This document shows positions 17,770 to 23,315 of a DNA stretch of 23,315 nucleotides, in pieces. A program made the translations under genes and the position numbers. The stretch's first letter is position 1; each line of letters begins with the position of its first letter. Source of the stretch: a candidate division WOR-3 bacterium (lineage in GTDB: Bacteria; Hydrothermota; Tepidihabitantia; SM23-42; CAYGYG01); NCBI GenBank assembly GCA_965648915.1, contig CBFGIV010000035.1:1-23315 (forward strand). The letters run 5' to 3'. The notes below the pieces were generated by a model. That model had not been told where the DNA came from. It was given only the letters and a program-made list of their open reading frames with translations, and searched no databases.

Positions 17770-18594
17770 TCTCTTCAGGCAGAATTTAAGAGTCATCATT
17801 GAGGAGACGAGAAAGATGTGGCGGGTCTGGTGGTGTTATAAGATCCTGCTTCTCTTCTGGGCGATATTCCCCTTGCTCTGGGTCCTGCCTTTTGTCTTTC
17901 AGGGCAAGGCGTTTGTCGGCGGGCTTGCGAGCAGTAGTTTTAAGAATCTTACGGGACCGAACAGTATCTCCCCTATATCCTGATCGGGGCAATGGTCTCA
18001 ACCTATGTCTTTTCCGGTATCTGGGGAGTAGGGAACTCTCTGCGTGAGGAGACCTACTGGGGGACACTCGAATACATCATCATTTCACCGACCAGCCCGA
18101 TTGTGATCCTGCTCGGCAAGGTCTTGTCTGAATTCGTCTATTCGACCGCTACGGTCTTGCTTCAGACAATAATCTGTGTTCTTCTGTTCGGGATTAGAAT
18201 AACCATTCACCAGATATTGCCAATACTTCTTATCGTCATCCTTCTCCTGATTGCCTTTTACAGTTTAGCCATCGCCTTTGCCGGACTCACCCTGCTCATC
18301 AAGGAGACCCATGGGATTGTCCATACCCTCGAATGGGTCTTTTATCTCTTCTCTCCGATCCGCTATCCGGTTGAGATAAACCCAATAACAAAATTTGTCA
18401 GTATGTTTATACCCCTCACCTATGCCCTGATTGCCATCAGATTTATTATCCTTTTAAATAAACCGGGGTTTAGTCTCTGGCCAACAATCTTAATCCTCCT
18501 GATTATGGATTTAGTGAGTATCGTTGCGGGATATTTCATCTTCAACTGGCTCGAGCAGAAGACAAGGAGATCAGGAACGATAAGTATGCATTAA
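17762..18594 (+). pseudogene. ABC-2 type permease split by a single-base frameshift at about 17957 (true lesion or sequencing error)
   Basis: ORFs 17762..17983 and 17992..18594 join if one base is added in ACG GGA [A]CC GAA CAG, giving ...KNLTGTEQYLPYILIGAMVS... and a 277-aa protein colinear with the 278-aa neighbouring permease. Confidence 0.85.
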
Positions 18595-18621
18595 GTAGAA
18601 CGATCGATATAAGTTAAAAAT

Positions 18622-19458
18622 ATGATTAAAAAATTCAAAATATATCTGGTTGCAATGTGGGCCGAGTGTATCAAGGAATGGAAGATTGAATTGACTTATA
18701 AGGCTGACTTTATCCGTGGCTTGATTGAGCCCTTCATCTATGTCCTGCCTTATCTTCTCTTTGGTATTGCCCTGGTCGGTGGCCGCCAGTCTGCTGCTCT
18801 TTTGAAAATCGCCGGCACCGGAGATATCGTAACCTTTGTGGTCATCGGTTATATCTTTATGGGTTTTTTAAACACCGCCCTCTGGGCGATGGGCTTTGCC
18901 TTACGCAAAGAACAGTTTTACGGAACACTGGAAGCGGTCTTCGTTACACCGATACCCCGCTGGGTCTTTGTCGGCGGTATGGCGATGCATTCGACGATGC
19001 ATCAGGGGCTCATCATTCTGGCTCAACTCCTGCTCTTGAGTATCTTTTTCCGACTTATCTTTAACATCAATGGCGTCTTCCCGGGGATGTCAATTATCGG
19101 GCTGATGCTCATTGCCCTTTATGGTATTGGCACGATGATGGCGGCACTGGCTTTGATCTTCAAAGAAGGATGGATTGTCTCCCAGGTCTTGAGCAGTGTC
19201 ATAAATGTCATTACTCCGGTCGCCTATCCCCTGGCAATCCTCCCTCTGTTTCTGCAAAAGGCCGCGCTCCTTTTCCCGACAACCTACGGGATAATTACAA
19301 TAAGGCATTTTTTGATCGGGGAGAAACTCCCCTTTTCCGTTACCGCTTCATTTATTAGATTATCCCTTCTCACCATTTTCTGGGTTACCTTTGGCCTGGT
19401 GGTCTTTACCATCATTGACCGCAAGACCAGGCGCGAAGGGACGCTGGGTCATTACTGA
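18622..19458 (+). CDS. ABC-2 type exporter permease
   Basis: About six TM segments, LR.EQ..GTLE..F.TP motif, YP...LP...Q...P.TY; paralogous to the frameshifted permease. Confidence 0.9.
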   Translation: MIKKFKIYLVAMWAECIKEWKIELTYKADFIRGLIEPFIYVLPYLLFGIALVGGRQSAALLKIAGTGDIVTFVVIGYIFMGFLNTALWAMGFALRKEQFYGTLEAVFVTPIPRWVFVGGMAMHSTMHQGLIILAQLLLLSIFFRLIFNINGVFPGMSIIGLMLIALYGIGTMMAALALIFKEGWIVSQVLSSVINVITPVAYPLAILPLFLQKAALLFPTTYGIITIRHFLIGEKLPFSVTASFIRLSLLTIFWVTFGLVVFTIIDRKTRREGTLGHY

Positions 19459-19477
19459 GATTTCTGAAATTTAATCA

Positions 19478-19505
19478 TTGACATTTTTTAATTGTTTGAT
19501 ATATT
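19478..19505 (+). promoter_or_regulatory. sigma70-type promoter for the DUF362 cassette
   Basis: TTGACA (19478-19483), 16 nt, TATATT (19500-19505) with an extended -10 TGn; SD GGAGG (19535-19539). Confidence 0.65.
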
Positions 19506-19543
19506 TATGAAAATTTTTGATGGTTGTAACCATTGGAGGTTCT

Positions 19544-20920
19544 ATGGCTCATGGTAATGGTTATTTAAAGAAAAAAATAACCCGCCGGGAATTTATCCGG
19601 CAGACTGCCGCCGGGACGGCCGGTTTAATTATCGGGCCAAAAGCCGTCGCCACCAAACTTGAGAGATTATCTTTCCATCCTGCGAGTATCGTTGTCATCT
19701 GCCGGGATATCAATGCCACCTCGGGAAGCAACATCAACCAGTCTGTGGTCCAGATTATGGTCGATGCAATGATTAAAAATCTCACCGGCATCAGTAATGT
19801 CGGTGATGCCTGGCTTTCGATCTTTCCGGGAATTACCCAGTCGAGTATTATCGGGATAAAGGTGAATGCCCTTTATGGACCGATGTCGACCAATCCCGAA
19901 GTAGTCAATGCAGTTGTTAATGGTTTGGGCCAGATGAATGTCGGCGGTTCGCCTTTCCGGAAGAATAATATTGTAATCTGGGATCGGACCGAAAATGAAT
20001 TGAGAGATTCAGGCTATACCATCTATACTGGCACCGATCCCCAGCGACCAAGGTGTTTTGCCACCGATACACCAGGCTGGGGTTATGAATCCTTTACCTG
20101 GAACATCAATGGCGTTCCGCAAAATCCAACCAAGATCCTTGCCTATTGTAGCTATCTGATCGACTTTGCCGCACTCAAAGCCCACAACCTATCTAATACG
20201 GCCGGTGTTGCTTTAACCCTGAAGAACTATTATGGGTCAGTCAATGCCCCGGTTAATCTCCATGCGACAAACTGTGATCCTTACATACCAGCCCTCTATT
20301 CCCAGAACGGCATCAGGTCAAAACAGGTCCTGAATATGATCGATGGACTCTGGGCAACCTATAATGCCGGTCCCTTTACTCCACCCCAGACCTATCAGAT
20401 CTTTCCTAAAGGATGCCCGGATGCAATACTTATGTCAAAGGATCCAGTGGCAGTTGACTATGAAGGGAAAGAGCAGTTTATTAATGCTGAACGGCGGGCT
20501 CGGAATATGACACCGATTGCTGCGACCCATATTCATACTGCTTCCTTGCCGCCTTATAGTTTAGGCACTGACGATCCTTCCCAGATCGATCTACGCTGGA
20601 TTCTCAATCCTTCCGAGGTAAAAGAAGAATTTGCTCACCAGCGCAGTCTTCAATTTCTTAAGATCTCGCCCAATCCCACCAGGGGTAAGGTCAATATCAG
20701 ATATAATCTACCGAGATCGGGTAGGGTGATCATCGATATCTATAATCCACTCGGCATCAGGATTGTCAATCTGGTCAACGCGACCCGGGCGGCCGGGCAA
20801 CATCGAATTAAATGGGATGGGCTTGATCAAAATGGGCAGAAGGTTGCCAATGGCACCTATCTTTTGAGATTTCAATTTAAAGGAATGAAAATTGAAGAGA
20901 AGATATTGATAATGAAGTAA
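19544..20920 (+). CDS. Tat-signal DUF362-domain protein with FlgD-Ig/T9SS-like C-terminal domain (paralog A)
   Basis: Twin-arginine motif TRREFI; DUF362-like motifs IKVN, T.PEVV.AV, LK.H...G..LTLKN..G, IDGL, S.DPVAVD; C-terminal SPNP...I.Y.L...IYN..G..I..L...G.H...WDG....G..VANGTY. Start moved to ATG 19544 because of the GGAGG SD. Confidence 0.75.
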   Translation: MAHGNGYLKKKITRREFIRQTAAGTAGLIIGPKAVATKLERLSFHPASIVVICRDINATSGSNINQSVVQIMVDAMIKNLTGISNVGDAWLSIFPGITQSSIIGIKVNALYGPMSTNPEVVNAVVNGLGQMNVGGSPFRKNNIVIWDRTENELRDSGYTIYTGTDPQRPRCFATDTPGWGYESFTWNINGVPQNPTKILAYCSYLIDFAALKAHNLSNTAGVALTLKNYYGSVNAPVNLHATNCDPYIPALYSQNGIRSKQVLNMIDGLWATYNAGPFTPPQTYQIFPKGCPDAILMSKDPVAVDYEGKEQFINAERRARNMTPIAATHIHTASLPPYSLGTDDPSQIDLRWILNPSEVKEEFAHQRSLQFLKISPNPTRGKVNIRYNLPRSGRVIIDIYNPLGIRIVNLVNATRAAGQHRIKWDGLDQNGQKVANGTYLLRFQFKGMKIEEKILIMK

Positions 20921-20933
20921 TTCTGATAGTGAT

Positions 20934-21437
20934 ATGAATATAGCCTTCCCCAAACTTAAACTATTCAATCGATTAAATGAGAGAATGATCTTCTCAGCCC
21001 TGCCCGGAGACAACGAAATCCCTGGATGGATAAGGGATGGAGAAGTGGTTTTGATTAAAAATTTTAACCGATGTGCACTCTGCCCTTTTGAGTTTATCAC
21101 CTATGGTGTAAAGGGATTGATCGTTCAGAAGTACATAAACAATGACTTAGGTTTAACAAAACTTGAAGTCTCTTTATATCGAATGCCCGATAGTGTCAAG
21201 GCAAAAAAGGTCTATGATCTACTGGGCTATAATCTCAACCAGATTATCTATCTGTCAGAGGACGGATATGAGGGGCGGATCGATACCTCGCTCCTCTTCT
21301 CCTATATGCTCGATTTAAGAAAAGGCCGATACTATGTACGCATCATAATTGATGACAAAAGACCCGAGGCAATTGAGACCATTAAGAAGTTTGGTGATCT
21401 TGTCGCCCATAAGATTAAACCACAGGAGGTATTATGA
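20934..21437 (+). CDS. Hypothetical protein, DUF6599-like, with CxxC
   Basis: LP....PGW...G, F..YG......Y, LY.M.....A..VY and KG.YYVRI recall the DUF6599 family (from memory). Sits 13 bp after paralog A and overlaps the start of paralog B. Confidence 0.55.
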   Translation: MNIAFPKLKLFNRLNERMIFSALPGDNEIPGWIRDGEVVLIKNFNRCALCPFEFITYGVKGLIVQKYINNDLGLTKLEVSLYRMPDSVKAKKVYDLLGYNLNQIIYLSEDGYEGRIDTSLLFSYMLDLRKGRYYVRIIIDDKRPEAIETIKKFGDLVAHKIKPQEVL

Positions 21438-22798
21438 GGATAACCCGTCGCGACTTTTTGAAGAAGTTTACAATCAGTACCGCAGGAATCTTTTTTGTTC
21501 CTAAACTCTTTGCCGAGAAATATGATAAGACCGGTAAACTTATTCCTGCCAGCGATGTCATCTGGTGCAGTGATGTCAATGCTACTTCGGGGAGTACCAT
21601 CAATCAGTCGGTTGTTCAGATAATGATCGATACTTCCATCAAACGGCTTACGGGCCAGACGACTGTTGGTGCGGCCTGGCTCTCGCTTTTCCCCGGGATA
21701 ACGACATCGAGTATCATCTGTATCAAGGTTAATTGTATTAACAGTCTACTACCCTCGCACCGTCAGGTAGTTGAGGCGGTGATCAACGGTCTTGCCCAGA
21801 TGAACATCGGTGGGCAGAACTTTATTCGTAACAATGTGATTGTCTGGGATCGAACCAATGGAGAATTGACCAACTCAGGCTACACCATCTATACCGGTAA
21901 CGACCCGGCTCGTTACCGGGTCTTCGGCTCGGACCAGAGTGGCGTTGGATATGATACATCGAGGCCTCTGACGATTCAGCGTGATAGCGGTTCGACCACA
22001 GCCAATCCGAGCAGGATTATGACCAGCCTTTCAAATTATATGATTAATATCGCCTGTCTCAAAGACCATGGTGCACCAGCGATGACCCTCTGTTTAAAGA
22101 ATAACTTCGGGACGATCAGTCCGATCCCCTGTTATGACGACAACAGCCCTGAGATTCCATCGGTGAATCAGCAGATCAGAGATGTCCTTAACAAATTCCA
22201 GAGAATCTACATTGTCGATGGCCTCTTCGGTATCTATAATGGCGGACCCGGGGGCTCACCCCAATCCTGGTTAACCTTTGCGCCAAAGAATACACCGGAC
22301 AGTATCTTTATGTCCCGGGATCCAGTTGCAATCGACTACCAGTGTGAACAGATTATTAATGCTGAAAGGGCGCGCCGGGGATTATATACCAAAAATGCGC
22401 TCCATATTCGAACTGCGTCCCAGCCTCCCTACAATCTCGGAACGATGGATATAAATCTGATCCGTATCCAGAACCCGTCCGGGATAGAAGAAAAATCATC
22501 TGGATCGGTCAATGGTCTTAAACTATATCAGAATCAACCCAATCCTTTTAATGTCTCAACCGTAATCCGCTATAAAATAAGGAATCACTCTCAGGTTACC
22601 CTGCAGATTACTGATGGGGTAGGTCGGGTGATAAAAGTATTGACCGATAAGATTCACGACCCGGGTAGTTTTGAGATTGTCTGGGATGGTAGAGACGCCC
22701 GGGGTCGAAGAGTTGCGGCTGGTACTTATATCTATACACTGAAGGCTGGTAACCACTCTATTGCAAAGAGCCTGACAATAGTCAATCCCGGCAGTTGA
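21434..22798 (+). CDS. Tat-signal DUF362-domain protein with FlgD-Ig/T9SS-like C-terminal domain (paralog B)
   Basis: TRRDFLK; IKVN, LKDH...MTLCLKN.FG, VDGL, SRDPVAID; C-terminal LYQN.PNPFN..T.I.Y...GR.IK.L...WDGRD..G..VA.GTY.Y.L; SD AGGAGG. Confidence 0.78.
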   Translation: MRITRRDFLKKFTISTAGIFFVPKLFAEKYDKTGKLIPASDVIWCSDVNATSGSTINQSVVQIMIDTSIKRLTGQTTVGAAWLSLFPGITTSSIICIKVNCINSLLPSHRQVVEAVINGLAQMNIGGQNFIRNNVIVWDRTNGELTNSGYTIYTGNDPARYRVFGSDQSGVGYDTSRPLTIQRDSGSTTANPSRIMTSLSNYMINIACLKDHGAPAMTLCLKNNFGTISPIPCYDDNSPEIPSVNQQIRDVLNKFQRIYIVDGLFGIYNGGPGGSPQSWLTFAPKNTPDSIFMSRDPVAIDYQCEQIINAERARRGLYTKNALHIRTASQPPYNLGTMDINLIRIQNPSGIEEKSSGSVNGLKLYQNQPNPFNVSTVIRYKIRNHSQVTLQITDGVGRVIKVLTDKIHDPGSFEIVWDGRDARGRRVAAGTYIYTLKAGNHSIAKSLTIVNPGS

Positions 22799-22810
22799 TT
22801 CCGCTCTTTT

Positions 22811-22848
22811 AAAAATTAGAAAGCCCCCTTGCGGGGGCTTTCTTTTTT
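22811..22848. terminator. Intrinsic terminator, probably bidirectional, between DUF362 paralog B and the cold-shock gene
   Basis: AGAAAGCCCCC-TTGC-GGGGGCTTTCT hairpin (22818-22843), followed by a T run and preceded by an A run. Confidence 0.88.
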
Positions 22849-22860
22849 GAGATTTAAGGT

Positions 22861-23067
22861 TTATGAGCGTTCGACATTAGTGGCTTTGTCACCTTTAGGG
22901 GTCTTAGAAATTTCGAACTTGACCCTTTCGCCTTCCTTCAGGGTCCGATAACCTTCACCTACAATGTCAGAATAGTGAACGAACACATCACCAGAACCGT
23001 CTTCCTTTTCAATGAAACCAAAGCCTTTCTTTCCATCGAACCATTTCACCTTTCCGTATGCTGGCAC
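22861..23067 (-). CDS. cspA: Cold-shock protein (CspA family)
   Basis: GKVKWF, RNP1 KGFGFI, RNP2 DVFVHYS, TL.EG..V.F, G..A.NV; GTG start with SD AAGGAGG. Confidence 0.95.
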   Translation of the reverse strand: MPAYGKVKWFDGKKGFGFIEKEDGSGDVFVHYSDIVGEGYRTLKEGERVKFEISKTPKGDKATNVERS

Positions 23068-23173
23068 TACATCCTCCTTTCAAGCCTTTCTTTTTTTAAG
23101 GGTCTATCTCTGATAGGCCCCTGGTTGTGAATATGTTGATTACATACTCCAACGCACGGAAAGAGCTTACTCT

Positions 23174-23201
23174 ATTTTAACCAGATTACTGATTTTGTCA
23201 A
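23174..23201 (-). promoter_or_regulatory. sigma70-type promoter for the cold-shock gene
   Basis: Minus strand: TTGACA (23201-23196), 16 nt, TAAAAT (23179-23174), implying a 5' UTR of about 100 nt. Confidence 0.65.
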
Positions 23202-23315
23202 TAATTTTTTTAAAGTATCAGCCCTGCCGAATACTTTTTCAAATTTTCCTATTTTTAGAGGTCGGGGTCATTAGAATTGATTTTTTAAGCAATGTAATAA
23301 AAAAGGGTAGACAAC

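Noticed and set aside
17981..17983. TGA ending ORF 17762..17983 as a selenocysteine or read-through codon
   Set aside because: The downstream half is in a different frame, and the homology break maps to a 1-nt deletion about 25 nt earlier.
515..22756. Short antisense and alternate-frame ORFs in the track (e.g. 515..763, 4910..5224, 8252..8584, 12414..12704, 20708..21100)
   Set aside because: They overlap well-supported genes, lack SD or promoter signals, and show no recognisable motifs.
19544..22798. DUF362 pair considered as a diversity-generating retroelement template/variable repeat
   Set aside because: Differences are spread over synonymous positions and all four bases rather than being adenine-specific, and no reverse transcriptase is present.

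Overview
Bacterial chromosomal window of mostly housekeeping and envelope genes from a likely diderm. Four secreted proteins carry FlgD-Ig/T9SS-like C-terminal domains, suggesting an FCB-group lineage such as WOR-3 (inference). In order, the window holds: the right end of a probable IS256-family element; a lapA-lapB-TPR/SPOR-mutS-ymdB operon; a transglutaminase-like lipoprotein lacking catalytic residues, behind tRNA-Gly(TCC); a multidomain clostripain-family protease; a TPR-Slt lytic transglycosylase; meaB plus a two-subunit B12 acyl-CoA mutase with isobutyryl-CoA-mutase residues; a Kelch protein; a 9/18-bp tandem repeat; a zinc-ribbon protein behind tRNA-Val(GAC); an ABC-2 exporter whose first permease has a 1-nt frameshift; two paralogous Tat-signal DUF362 proteins flanking a small CxxC gene; and a cold-shock gene. 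Three observations stand out: the Tat + DUF362 + sorting-domain cassette, 8 of 9 recognisable sigma70-type promoters having a 16-bp spacer (several apparently leaderless), and the ICM-type mutase with an odd Asp-to-His change. All family calls come from motif recognition by eye; no database searches were run.
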